Below, in pieces: positions 54,114-63,818 of a DNA stretch of 64,000 bases. The notes under the pieces were generated by a model that was not told where the DNA came from, made no database searches, and was given only the letters and a program-made list of their open reading frames with translations. A program made the position numbers and the translations under genes. Source of the stretch: Chloroflexota bacterium (lineage in GTDB: Bacteria; Chloroflexota; Anaerolineae; Anaerolineales; UBA4823); NCBI GenBank assembly GCA_012516075.1, contig JAAYXE010000093.1:879-64878 (forward strand). The letters are read 5' to 3'. The stretch's first letter is position 1, and every line of letters starts with the position of its first letter.

Positions 54114-54769
54114 GCACATGTATTCCTGTTGTAGAGAACATCCTCAGCGCCAATGACCGTCTGGCCGCGGAAAACCGGGCCATCTTCGATAAGGCCGGGG
54201 TGTTTGCCATTAACCTGATGGCGTCACCTGGCGCCGGGAAGACCTCACTGGTGGAGCGCACCGTGGAGGGACTGGCAGGTCGACTGCGCCTGGGTGTGAT
54301 CGAAGGCGACCTGGCCAGCAGCCTGGACGCCGACCGCGCCGCTGCTGCCGGTGCCGCAGCCGTGCAGATCAACACTGGCGGCGAATGTCACCTGGACGCA
54401 GTAATGCTGCACGCCGCGCTGCCCCAGCTCGACTTGAAGAGCCTGGACCTGCTCATCGTGGAGAACGTGGGCAACCTGGTCTGCCCCACCAGCTTCAAAC
54501 TGGGCGTGCACTGCAACATCCTGATCGCATCTACCCCTGAGGGCGATGACAAACCCTATAAATACCCCGGCTCTTACCGCGGGATTGACGCCCTGGTGAT
54601 CAATAAAATCGACCTGCTCCCCTACGTGGACTTCGACATGCAGAACTTCCGCCGGGGGGTTGAAATGCTCAACCCCGGTGTGATGACTTTTCCACTCTCC
54701 TGCCGTACCGGCGAGGGCCTGGACGCCTGGCTGGACTGGCTGGCTGCCCAGGTAAAAAACCGGGCATAG
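54110..54769 (+). CDS. hypB: Hydrogenase nickel incorporation GTPase HypB
   Basis: ATGA overlap with hypA. P-loop SPGAGKTSL, ENVGNLVCP and INKIDL. Confidence 0.9.
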   Translation: MSTCIPVVENILSANDRLAAENRAIFDKAGVFAINLMASPGAGKTSLVERTVEGLAGRLRLGVIEGDLASSLDADRAAAAGAAAVQINTGGECHLDAVMLHAALPQLDLKSLDLLIVENVGNLVCPTSFKLGVHCNILIASTPEGDDKPYKYPGSYRGIDALVINKIDLLPYVDFDMQNFRRGVEMLNPGVMTFPLSCRTGEGLDAWLDWLAAQVKNRA

Positions 54770-54793
54770 CAGCAGGCCTCTGGCCGACAGGGT

Positions 54794-57169
54794 GTGATGA
54801 TGGAAACCCTATCCGCTGTACATATCCACATCACCGGCATTGTTCAGGGCGTTGGCTTCCGGCCCTTTGTATACGGGCTGGCGGAACGCAGCGGGCTGAC
54901 CGGCTGGGTGCGCAACACTTCCGCCGGTGTGGAGATTGAGGCCGCCGGCAAACCCGGGGACCTGCAGGAGTTCATACACCTCCTGCAGACTCAGGCCCCG
55001 CCGCTGGCACGCATTGATGACATCCAGGTGCAGCCCTGCACCCCCAATGGGTACACGAGCTTTCAGATTCTGACCTCCGAGGCGCAGGCCGGGGCGTTCC
55101 AGCCCATCTCCCCGGATGTATGCACCTGTGAGGACTGCCTGCGCGAGCTCTTCGACCCCACCAACCGGCGCTACCGCTACCCGTTCATCAACTGCACGAA
55201 CTGCGGACCGCGCTTCACCATCATTCGGGATATCCCATACGACCGGCTGAACACCACCATGGCCGGCTTCCCCCTCTGTCCGGACTGCCTGGCCGAATAT
55301 CAGGACCCGGCCGACCGGCGCTTCCACGCCGAGCCGGTCGCCTGCCCGGCCTGCGGCCCGCAGCTGTGGCTGGAATGCCAGGGAGCGCGGATGGCGGACG
55401 GGGATGAAGCTCTGCTCACAGCCCGGCGCATGCTGCAGGAAGGTAAAATCCTGGCGGTGAAAGGCCTGGGCGGTTTTCACCTGGCCTGTGATGCCCTCAA
55501 TGCCGCAGCCGTGGATGAGCTGCGCCGGCGCAAGCGGCGCGTGGAGAAGCCCTTTGCCCTGATGGCCGCCGACCTGCAGAGCATCGAACGCCACTGTTAT
55601 ATAGCACCACAGGAGCGCCAGCTTTTAGAGTCGCCGCAGCGCCCGATCGTGATCCTGCGCCGGCGGCCTGACTCCCCGGTCGCGCCGGGCATCGCCCCCG
55701 GGCAGCACACCCTGGGGTTCATGCTGCCCTACACCCCTCTGCATTACCTGCTGCTTGCAGACACCCTCCCCGGCCAGGCCCTGGTGATGACCAGCGGCAA
55801 CCTGAGCGAAGAACCGATCGCCACAGACAACGACGAGGCGCGCAGCCGTCTGTCCGCACTGGCCGATGCCTTCCTGATGCACGACCGCCCGATCCACACC
55901 CGCTGCGATGACTCCGTCGTGCGCGTGCTGGTCCCCGGTATGTCCATCCCTTCATCTGGTATTCCCCGGCAGAGCGAACCGGCGGCCCAGCCCATGATGC
56001 TGCGCCGTGCCCGGGGCTATGCCCCACAGCCGGTTCATCTGCCCTGGGAGTCCGTCCCCCTGCTGGCAGCCGGCGCAGAGCTCAAGAACACCTTCTGCCT
56101 GGCGAGCGGCACTTATGCCTTCCTCAGCCAGCATATCGGCGATCTGCAGAACTGGGAGACCCTGCAGGCCTTTGAACAGGGCGTGGCGCATTTCGAGCTC
56201 CTGTTCCACATCCGCCCCGAGGTGCTGGCCTACGACCTGCACCCTGATTACCTGGCGACACGGTATGCGCTCAGGCGCGCCCGGGAAGAAGGCCTGCCGG
56301 CTGTGGGCGTGCAGCACCACCACGCTCATATTGCCGCCTGCATGGCAGAAAACGGCCTGAAAGGTGATGATCTGGTAATCGGCGCTGCCTTTGACGGCAC
56401 CGGTTACGGCACAGACGGGACCATCTGGGGCGGGGAGTTCCTGATCGCCGGTTACAGCGGTTTTCAACGCCGCGCCCATCTGGACAGCTTTCCCCTGCCC
56501 GGAGGCGACGCGGCCGTGCAGCGGCCTGCGCGCGCCGCTTTGGCTGCCCTGCAGTATTACGGCCTGTCGTGGGACCCGGACCTGCCCCCTGCCCAGGATC
56601 TGAACGCTCAGGAACAGAGAGCCCTGCGCTTTCAACTCGAGCAGGGCATCAACACCCCGCTCACATCCAGCATGGGCCGTCTGTTCGACGTGGTCGCTGC
56701 CCTGGCCGGTGTTCGCCAGCGGGTCAACTACGAAGCCCAGGCGGCGGTGGAACTGGAAGCGCTGGTCGACCCGCATGAATCAGGCCTTTATGAGTTCGAC
56801 CTGCAGTCCGGCGAATCGCTGGTCATCCACCCCGGCCCGCTGCTTGAAGCCGTGGTCGCCGATGTGCTCTCCGGCGCAGCCGTAAAAACCATCGCTGCCC
56901 GCTTCCATAACGGCCTGGCGCAGATGGTCCTGCAGGTCTGTGAGCGGCTGCGCCGCGATAGCGGTCTGACAACCGTCGCACTCAGCGGCGGTGTATGGCA
57001 GAACCTCACCCTGCTGCAGAAGACCGTCCCGCTGCTGCAGGAGAACGGTTTCGAAGTCCTTCTCCACCGCCTGGTGCCGGCCAACGATGGCGGGCTGGCG
57101 CTCGGACAGGCGGCGGTAGCATCACACTGGAGGCGTCATGTGTCTGGGAGTACCCGGGAAAATCGTTGA
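54794..57169 (+). CDS. hypF: Carbamoyltransferase HypF
   Basis: Acylphosphatase-like N-terminus (GIVQGVGFRPFV). Two zinc-finger pairs (CEDCLREL..CTNCGPRF and CPDCLAEY..CPACGP). YrdC-like and Kae1-like C-terminal domains. Confidence 0.95.
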   Translation: MMMETLSAVHIHITGIVQGVGFRPFVYGLAERSGLTGWVRNTSAGVEIEAAGKPGDLQEFIHLLQTQAPPLARIDDIQVQPCTPNGYTSFQILTSEAQAGAFQPISPDVCTCEDCLRELFDPTNRRYRYPFINCTNCGPRFTIIRDIPYDRLNTTMAGFPLCPDCLAEYQDPADRRFHAEPVACPACGPQLWLECQGARMADGDEALLTARRMLQEGKILAVKGLGGFHLACDALNAAAVDELRRRKRRVEKPFALMAADLQSIERHCYIAPQERQLLESPQRPIVILRRRPDSPVAPGIAPGQHTLGFMLPYTPLHYLLLADTLPGQALVMTSGNLSEEPIATDNDEARSRLSALADAFLMHDRPIHTRCDDSVVRVLVPGMSIPSSGIPRQSEPAAQPMMLRRARGYAPQPVHLPWESVPLLAAGAELKNTFCLASGTYAFLSQHIGDLQNWETLQAFEQGVAHFELLFHIRPEVLAYDLHPDYLATRYALRRAREEGLPAVGVQHHHAHIAACMAENGLKGDDLVIGAAFDGTGYGTDGTIWGGEFLIAGYSGFQRRAHLDSFPLPGGDAAVQRPARAALAALQYYGLSWDPDLPPAQDLNAQEQRALRFQLEQGINTPLTSSMGRLFDVVAALAGVRQRVNYEAQAAVELEALVDPHESGLYEFDLQSGESLVIHPGPLLEAVVADVLSGAAVKTIAARFHNGLAQMVLQVCERLRRDSGLTTVALSGGVWQNLTLLQKTVPLLQENGFEVLLHRLVPANDGGLALGQAAVASHWRRHVSGSTRENR

Positions 57170-57386
57170 AATTTACGAGGCCAACGGCCTGAAAATGGGC
57201 AAGATCGACTTCGGCGGGGTCACGCGTGAGGTCTGCCTCGCCTATGTGCCCGATGCCTGCGTGGGTGAGTACACCGTCATCCACGCCGGTTTTGCTCTTA
57301 ACCGCATTTCCGAACAGGAAGCACTCGAGACCCTGGAGATTCTGCAGCAGATCGCGGCGGACGAACTCGAAACCGGCGAACCCTGA
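57138..57386 (+). CDS. hypC: Hydrogenase assembly chaperone HypC
   Basis: [12 protein letters not shown]-terminus, 82 aa. Confidence 0.9.
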   Translation: MCLGVPGKIVEIYEANGLKMGKIDFGGVTREVCLAYVPDACVGEYTVIHAGFALNRISEQEALETLEILQQIAADELETGEP

Positions 57387-57435
57387 GCGGCAGCAGACTC
57401 CGGCGTTATTGACAGGTGATGAGAGCGGTAGAGAA

Positions 57436-58554
57436 ATGAAATTTACGACCGAATTTCGGGATGCAAAGCTGGCCCAGGGGCTGGTGGAGGCGATCCGCCG
57501 CAAAATCACCCGCCCCTGGGTGATCATGGAAATCTGCGGGGGGCAGACGCACGCCATTTTGCGCTACGGGCTGGATGAAATCCTGCCGCCTGGCATCGAA
57601 CTGGTGCACGGCCCCGGCTGCCCGGTCTGCGTCACCCCTCTGGAGCAGATCGACCGCGCCGTGTGGATCGCCTCCCAGCCGGGCGTCATTTTCACATCCT
57701 TCGGTGACATGCTGCGCGTGCCTGGCTCGGATAAGGACCTGTTTTCGGTGCGCGCCGCCGGCGGCGATGTGCGCGTGGTTTACTCGCCGCTCGACGCCGT
57801 CCGCATCGCACAGCAAAACCCCGACCGGCAGGTGGTCTTTTTCGCTGTCGGTTTCGAGACCACCGCTCCGGCCAACGCCATGAGCGTGCTGCAGGCTCAG
57901 GCGCTCGGACTGCGCAACTTCAGCGTGCTGGTCTCCCATGTGCGCGTGCCGCCCGCCATGCACGCCATTCTCAGCTCGCCGGGCTGCCGTGTGCAGGGCT
58001 TTCTGGCTGCCGGGCACGTGTGCACGGTGATGGGCTATCATGAGTACCCGCCCATCGCCGGGCAGTACGGCACGCCCATCACCGTTACCGGATTCGAGCC
58101 TGTGGATATCCTGCGCGGGATCCAGCTCACCATAGAGATGCTGGAAAGTGGACGTGTGCAGGTGGCCAATGCTTACCCGCGTGTGGTCACCTTTGAGGGC
58201 AGCCGGCCGGCCCAGGATGTCATCCGGCGCGTGTTCACCGGCTGCGACCGCCAGTGGCGCGGCATTGGAATGATCCCCGACAGCGGGTGGAAGCTGCGCC
58301 CGGAGTTTGCCGAATTTGACGCCGAAGTTCGTTTTCCGGTGAGCGAAATCCAGACCCGGGAGCCGGAAGACTGCATCGCCGGGCAGATCCTGCAGGGGCT
58401 CAAAAAGCCCTTCCAGTGCCCGGCATTTGGAACGCGCTGTACCCCCGAGCACCCGCTGGGCGCCACGATGGTCTCCTCCGAAGGCGCCTGCGCTGGCTAT
58501 TATCGCTACCATCGTGACCGCCATAATCTTACTGAAGAACCGGTATCAGCATGA
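57436..58554 (+). CDS. hypD: Hydrogenase formation protein HypD
   Basis: ATG at 57436. [19 protein letters not shown] and FETTAP motifs. Confidence 0.9.
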   Translation: MKFTTEFRDAKLAQGLVEAIRRKITRPWVIMEICGGQTHAILRYGLDEILPPGIELVHGPGCPVCVTPLEQIDRAVWIASQPGVIFTSFGDMLRVPGSDKDLFSVRAAGGDVRVVYSPLDAVRIAQQNPDRQVVFFAVGFETTAPANAMSVLQAQALGLRNFSVLVSHVRVPPAMHAILSSPGCRVQGFLAAGHVCTVMGYHEYPPIAGQYGTPITVTGFEPVDILRGIQLTIEMLESGRVQVANAYPRVVTFEGSRPAQDVIRRVFTGCDRQWRGIGMIPDSGWKLRPEFAEFDAEVRFPVSEIQTREPEDCIAGQILQGLKKPFQCPAFGTRCTPEHPLGATMVSSEGACAGYYRYHRDRHNLTEEPVSA

Positions 58555-59639
58555 CGATGAAACCCGAAAACCAATCTCTGCAGTCAGTAAACATCGAAGG
58601 CCCCGTCTGCCCCACGCCCCTTCCCCACAACGACCGCATCGTCCTGGGGCACGGCAGCGGCGGGCGTATGTCACATGACCTGATCGCCCGCACCTTCTTC
58701 GCCGCCTTCTCCAACCCGGCGCTCACCGCCAGAGACGATGCCGCCCGGCTGCTTACCAGCTCTGGGGAGCAGCTGGCGATCAGCACCGATTCGCACGTCG
58801 TCTCGCCGCTGTTTTTCCCCGGCGGTGACATCGGCCGTCTGGCGGTGTGCGGCACGGTAAACGACGTCGCCATGCTCGGCGCCGAGCCGCTCTGGTTGAC
58901 TGCAGGCTTTATCCTCGAAGAGGGCCTGGAAATTGAAACGCTGCAGCGCGTGGTGGCCTCTATGCAGGCCGCGGCTCAGGAGGCCGGCGTGCAGATCGTG
59001 GCCGGCGACACCAAGGTAGTGCAGAAAGGTAAGGCGGATGGCCTGTTCATTACCACCACGGGCATTGGCGTCATCCGTCCCGGGGTGAACATCAGCGGCG
59101 CCGGAGCCCGGCCCGGTGATGTGGTCATCATCTCTGGCCCCATCGGAGATCACGGCATCGCCGTGCTGCAGGCGCGCGGCGAGCTGGGTTTTGATTCGGA
59201 CATCTGCAGTGATACGGCCCCGTTGAACGGCCTGGTTTCCGCCCTGCTCTCTGCAAACGCCGCGGCTGTGCATGTCCTGCGCGACCCCACCCGCGGCGGG
59301 CTTGCCACCACTTTAAACGAAATTGCCCGCCAGTCTCAGGTCGGGATTCTGCTGGAGGAAGACCGCATCCCCGTACGCCCCGCCGTGGCCGCTGCCTGTG
59401 AAATGCTGGGGTTCGACCCGCTGTACGTCGCCAACGAAGGCAAGCTTGTGGCGATCGTCGCCCCACATGCCGCGCAGGACGTACTGGATGCCATGCGTTC
59501 CCACGCTTACGGAACAGAAGCTGCGATCATCGGCCGCGTGGAGGCCGGAGCGCCCGGCCAGGTGCTGATGAAAACCGCCATCGGCGGCACTCGCGTTGTC
59601 GACATGCTTGCTGGGGAGATGCTGCCGCGCATCTGCTGA
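58551..59639 (+). CDS. hypE: Hydrogenase expression/formation protein HypE
   Basis: AIR-synthase-like fold motifs ([24 protein letters not shown]) and the C-terminal PRIC. Confidence 0.9.
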   Translation: MTMKPENQSLQSVNIEGPVCPTPLPHNDRIVLGHGSGGRMSHDLIARTFFAAFSNPALTARDDAARLLTSSGEQLAISTDSHVVSPLFFPGGDIGRLAVCGTVNDVAMLGAEPLWLTAGFILEEGLEIETLQRVVASMQAAAQEAGVQIVAGDTKVVQKGKADGLFITTTGIGVIRPGVNISGAGARPGDVVIISGPIGDHGIAVLQARGELGFDSDICSDTAPLNGLVSALLSANAAAVHVLRDPTRGGLATTLNEIARQSQVGILLEEDRIPVRPAVAAACEMLGFDPLYVANEGKLVAIVAPHAAQDVLDAMRSHAYGTEAAIIGRVEAGAPGQVLMKTAIGGTRVVDMLAGEMLPRIC

Positions 59640-59748
59640 GCGCTGCCCGGGCGGCACAGCAATAATCATCTCATACGATCTTCCTGCATCCCTGCGGTGC
59701 AGTTTCTCTATTGACAGCCGTTCGCAATCAGGCTTTCCCGCCGCATCT

Positions 59749-59790
59749 ACACCCATTTTCAACAGCCACCTGGCTGCTGAAGATGGGTGT
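59749..59790 (+). terminator. Terminator of the hydrogenase/hyp operon
   Basis: 19-bp stem ACACCCATTTTCAACAGCC / GGCTGCTGAAGATGGGTGT (one G-U pair, one mismatch), 4-nt loop and a T-rich tail. Confidence 0.65.
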
Positions 59791-59873
59791 TTCTTAATCT
59801 TCGTAAGATATTCTCCGTGCATGCGACCTATAGCCAGGAAGCGATCAAATTTGCGGATAAGGAGGGAAATACC

Positions 59874-60512
59874 ATGAACGTTTTCCGTCACAGCCTGGTT
59901 CGCGTGCTCGGCATCCTGCTGGCCGTCGCGCTGACACTGGGGAGCTACACCTATGTCTCAGCCAACAAAAAAGTGACCAGGCAAACCTTCCACGATGAGA
60001 TGCGCAAGCTGTGGGAAGATCATGTGACCTGGACACGGGTGTATATCATCAGTGCGCTTGCCGGTCTGCCCGATCAGGATCATGCCGCCGCTCGCCTGCT
60101 GAAAAACCAGGATGATATCGGGGATGCGATCAGGCCCTTTTACGGCGAGCAGGCTGGCGACCAGCTTTCCGGTTTGCTGCGTGAGCATATCCTGATTGCT
60201 GCCGAACTCGTGGATGCTGCGAAGAACGGTGACGCCGAAGCCTTTGAGGACGCCCATGCTCGCTGGTATGTAAACGCCGACGAGATCGGGGCGTTTCTCC
60301 ATGCGGCCAACCCCAGACACTGGCCGCTGGATGAGATGCAGGAGATGATGAGGGAACATCTGGATCTGACGCTGAATGAAGCTTCCGCACGCCTGAACGA
60401 GGATTGGGAGGCGGATATTGCCGCTTATGATGAGATCCACGTCCAGATCCTGCACATGGCGGACATGCTCAGCGATGGCATCATCCGCCAGTTCCCACAA
60501 AAATTCCGGTAG
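59874..60512 (+). CDS. Secreted or anchored helical hypothetical protein
   Basis: AAGGAGGG RBS before the ATG at 59874 and an N-terminal signal-anchor (LVRVLGILLAVALTLG). I recognise no motif. Confidence 0.6.
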   Translation: MNVFRHSLVRVLGILLAVALTLGSYTYVSANKKVTRQTFHDEMRKLWEDHVTWTRVYIISALAGLPDQDHAAARLLKNQDDIGDAIRPFYGEQAGDQLSGLLREHILIAAELVDAAKNGDAEAFEDAHARWYVNADEIGAFLHAANPRHWPLDEMQEMMREHLDLTLNEASARLNEDWEADIAAYDEIHVQILHMADMLSDGIIRQFPQKFR

Positions 60513-60656
60513 GTTAGAGGATTACCTCGCCCCAGCTCCGCCGCACCGTCTCCAGGAGTTCTGAACTGACGCGGTTGAAATTCCAGGGGCGCCCTGAACC
60601 TTCAGCACAGCACCGGTCACAACAGCCTGCAAACGGTGCAAAACCGGCCCCTGTTT

Positions 60657-60691
60657 GCCGGCCCCGTTGTTACGGGGCCGGCTTTTATTTT
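60657..60691 (+). terminator. Rho-independent terminator
   Basis: GCCGGCCCCG ttgtta CGGGGCCGGC followed by TTTTATTTT. Confidence 0.8.
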
Positions 60692-61231
60692 CTCGCACAT
60701 TTCAGCCAGATTTTCTTTTCCATAAACTCAGACCGGTCTGTGACTCTGTGACTCACACGATCCGGTGATCGCAAGTGCTGTGGACAGTCTCAACCTCTTC
60801 CCCGGTGTACAGTCCCACCGACTGCTTCTCACCCTTCAGCTGTATTCCCCTGGACCTTGCTCTTATCACTGCGACACCACAAAAACGATCCCGTCGCTGC
60901 GCTTCCAGTCGATAAGAAGGCTGGGCACTGCAGAGCCCACCAACCGTAGGATCTGTGACCTGCACCGGTCAGTTGGATTCAAACTCTCTGGGGATAAAAC
61001 AGCCCCGGACAAGTAGATCTACGCACTTATACTCAGCATTTTGACAGCCCAGAGAACGCTTTTCCTTCCGGTATCAGCAGGACAAATTACGTGATTAAGA
61101 GGATGAATCCAGCGTCAGGTTGCTCTACAATTTTCTGCAGAAGGACATATATCGGGGGGCGTGATTTCCCGAATTCGAATCATATCCCCCGGGGGAGACT
61201 CTGTGCGGCACGTGCAGTTAAGGAGGCACCT

Positions 61232-61846
61232 GTGCAAACCATTTTTATCTCTCTGCTCATCGCTCTGGTCGGCCTGGTACTGCTGTTGTTCGGTTACCGG
61301 GTGTTCTTAATGATGCTTCCGGTCTGGGGTTTTCTGTCAGGGTTCTGGCTGGGTGCAGACCTGACCGCGCTGAGCCTGGGTTCCGGTTGCCTGGGAAGTT
61401 TGGCCGGCTGGCTGGTCGGTCTGGCCCTGGGGCTGGTGTCTGCACTGCTCGCTCAGGTGTATGTTGAGATGTACATCGGGGTGATAGGAGCGGTGATCGG
61501 GTATCAGATCGGTTCAGGTTTGTTCGCCGCACTGGGTCTGGGAGGCTTGCTTGCTGCACTGGCCGGGCTCGTCCTGGCTCTTGTAACCGCAGGATTTTTT
61601 TACATGTTTGACTTCAAGCGACTTCTTGCTATGGCAGTGACCGCTGTCTACGGTGCCAGCGCGCTCATCCTGGCAGCCCTGCTTCTGGTTGGCCGCGTTG
61701 CACTCAACACACTGCAGTCCGCCGGGGACACGATTCAGCCTGTCCTGCAGGATTCATTCTTCTGGCTGCTGCTCTGGCTGGCGCTGGCAGTAGCGGGTTA
61801 TTTCATTCAAGACCGGACATCCGCATCACGCCTGCGCTTCGCCTGA
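61232..61846 (+). CDS. Gly/Ala/Leu-rich multi-pass membrane protein (DUF4203/TM7S3-TM198-like suspected), paralogue A
   Basis: GTG at 61232 after a strong AAGGAGG. Six to seven TMs. LFGYRVFLMMLPVWGFLSGFWLGADL. It is clearly paralogous to 63102-63732. Confidence 0.7.
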   Translation: MQTIFISLLIALVGLVLLLFGYRVFLMMLPVWGFLSGFWLGADLTALSLGSGCLGSLAGWLVGLALGLVSALLAQVYVEMYIGVIGAVIGYQIGSGLFAALGLGGLLAALAGLVLALVTAGFFYMFDFKRLLAMAVTAVYGASALILAALLLVGRVALNTLQSAGDTIQPVLQDSFFWLLLWLALAVAGYFIQDRTSASRLRFA

Positions 61847-61859
61847 CCAGAGTGGGAGG

Positions 61860-62015
61860 ATGATGCGTTTTGGGAGACCCATATTCTTCCTTCTGGCCGG
61901 CGTGACACTCACAGCCTGCACCGCTCCTTCCGCCGCGACGGGGTCTTCTTTCAGCGGGCGTATCCGTGGCAGCGTTATCGTTCTCCAGCGGATGCCCTGG
62001 ACCTCGCTGCATTGA
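61860..62015 (+). CDS. Small lipoprotein ORF (51 aa), possibly the 5' fragment of a decayed gene
   Basis: GGGAGGA RBS, signal peptide and lipobox (FFLLAGVTLTAC). It is below the 60-aa ORF-track cutoff. Downstream sequence in other frames (..LIEVQLLDV.., ..GEYTHIAVEDGGGLKF..) looks like remnants of a CarboxypepD_reg-like domain. Confidence 0.4.
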   Translation: MMRFGRPIFFLLAGVTLTACTAPSAATGSSFSGRIRGSVIVLQRMPWTSLH

Positions 62016-62236
62016 TCGAGGTGCAGCTTCTGGATGTCTACAGGGCAGATGCGCCGGCCGGTGATTGCCACAGCCGGTCACCCATCCTGTGAACAGCAGG
62101 AAAAAAACCTTCTTTGAAGGGTGATGATCATCCGCCGCTGCGCGACAATGATAAGCAGCAGTCTTCTTGCCTCTCCCGCGCCGGGAGAATATACACATCG
62201 CCGTTGAAGACGGTGGTGGCCTGAAATTTCCTGCGT

Positions 62237-63088
62237 GTGAAAATGAACTGGCTGAAAAAGATTACAGCGGCACTTTTGATGATCCTGGCCTTGCTAGGTC
62301 TCCTGATATGCGCCGCTGTTTTCATCGGTGTGTGGGTTGTGAATGCACCGCTGTCTGATGGGGTTGTCGAAACTATTGAAACCGTTGAAAGTTATTTCAC
62401 CTCGATCGACCAGACCCTGGACCGGCTCCAGACCGGATTCGCCGGTCAGCAGGAGATTATCAGCAGAATCCAGGATGATTTGAACAGCACAACTATTAGC
62501 GATGCAGCGGTTCTGCAAAGGGTCATTTCCGAGATTGCCGGTGAAGAGATGCGCCCTGCCATTGAGGGGCTGGTGAGCACAACCAGGGCGATCAGCAAAG
62601 GGGTACTGGCTTTCAATTCCGCACTGACTGCTTTCAACAGGGTCCCCGGAATCGACCTGCCCACACTCTCTGAAGATATCGCATCGATAAATAGTCGGGT
62701 TGATTCGATCAGTCAGGACCTGGAACAGATTCAGGTCCAACTATCTTCTTCGGAAGGAATAAAAAACCGGCTGCTCCAGCCTGTCAACGATCTGGCAGCG
62801 GGGCTGAACCGCGCTGAAACCACCCTTGCCGGGGTTAAATCGACCACCTCTGCCCTGCTGTTCAGGCTGGGATCACTGAAAGTGAGTATCCCGCGCTGGA
62901 TCGACCTGTCCAGCGCGGGCGTATCGATACTATTTCTCTTATTTGGTGCCGGGCAGGTGCTTTTGTTCGAACAGGCCTGGAAATGGTTCCGCTCGATCTC
63001 GCTGACCCGTACACCGGAAACTCCAGGCGCGGGCGGAGAAACCACACCCGAAATGGGTCCCGGTGCGTCTACCGGTGGATCAATTTAA
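62237..63088 (+). CDS. Bitopic/hairpin membrane protein with a long helical extracytoplasmic domain
   Basis: N-terminal TM (ALLMILALLGLLICAAVFIGVWVV), a ~190-aa helical region, a C-terminal TM (GVSILFLLFGAGQVLLF) and a Pro/Gly/Thr tail. Confidence 0.6.
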   Translation: MKMNWLKKITAALLMILALLGLLICAAVFIGVWVVNAPLSDGVVETIETVESYFTSIDQTLDRLQTGFAGQQEIISRIQDDLNSTTISDAAVLQRVISEIAGEEMRPAIEGLVSTTRAISKGVLAFNSALTAFNRVPGIDLPTLSEDIASINSRVDSISQDLEQIQVQLSSSEGIKNRLLQPVNDLAAGLNRAETTLAGVKSTTSALLFRLGSLKVSIPRWIDLSSAGVSILFLLFGAGQVLLFEQAWKWFRSISLTRTPETPGAGGETTPEMGPGASTGGSI

Positions 63089-63101
63089 AAGGAACATCGA
63101 G

Positions 63102-63732
63102 ATGCAGATGGTATTAATCTCTCTTTTCTCCCTGATCATTGGGGGAGTCTTACTGCTGTACGGCTTCCGGGTGCTCAGGGCGGTGCTTCCTGTCTGGGGA
63201 TTCTTAGCCGGGTTCTGGCTGGGGGCGGACCTGGCTGCGCTGGCCCTCGGACAGGGCTTCCTGGGTACAATTGCCGGCTGGGCTGCCGGTCTCATACTCG
63301 GAGCAGTTGGTGCAGCACTGGCTCATTTTTTTCACCACCTCTCTATAGGGCTCGTGGGGGCTGTCATTGGCTATCATCTGGGGTTCCGGTCTGCTTTCAA
63401 CGATTGGCCTGGGAGGGATCCTCGCTGCCCTGGGTGGACTGGTACTGGCCATCCTCGCAGCCAGCCTGTTTTTCGGTACAGAATTCCAGCATTCCTGGTC
63501 CATGTTGATGTCGTCAACTGCTGGCGCTAACGCTGTCCTGCTGTCACTCCTGCTGCTGATCGGACGGGTCTCAGTGGACGGTCTTCAGGACGCAGGAAAT
63601 GCAGTCCAGCCGGTATTAAACGACTCCTGGCTGTGGCTGCTCGCCTGGCTGGCCCTGATTATCCTCGGCTACTTCTATCAGAGGCGCGGGTACTCTGTCG
63701 CGGTGTCTCTGGATCACGGTGTTCAGGCATAG
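63102..63732 (+). pseudogene. Paralogue B of the 61232 membrane protein, interrupted by a +1 frameshift in a G4 run (63380-63383)
   Basis: The frame from ATG 63102 matches paralogue A up to ..AVIGYHLG. The homologous continuation SGLLSTIGLGGILAAL.. is in the next frame (listed ORF 63367-63732). Removing one G restores a full-length protein. Confidence 0.7.
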
Positions 63733-63818
63733 ATATCGCCGTGGCCCAGGTCACATCCCCGATGCCAGATTCTCCCGGCCCACGACGTTCCTGCCAGGCC
63801 GGCGTGGAGTGTAAATAG

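Noticed and set aside
61160-61200. tRNA-like TTCGAATC T-loop motif
   Set aside because: No acceptor, D or anticodon arms can be built around it. The context is palindromes (CGAATTCG, TCCCCCGGGGGA) and not a cloverleaf.
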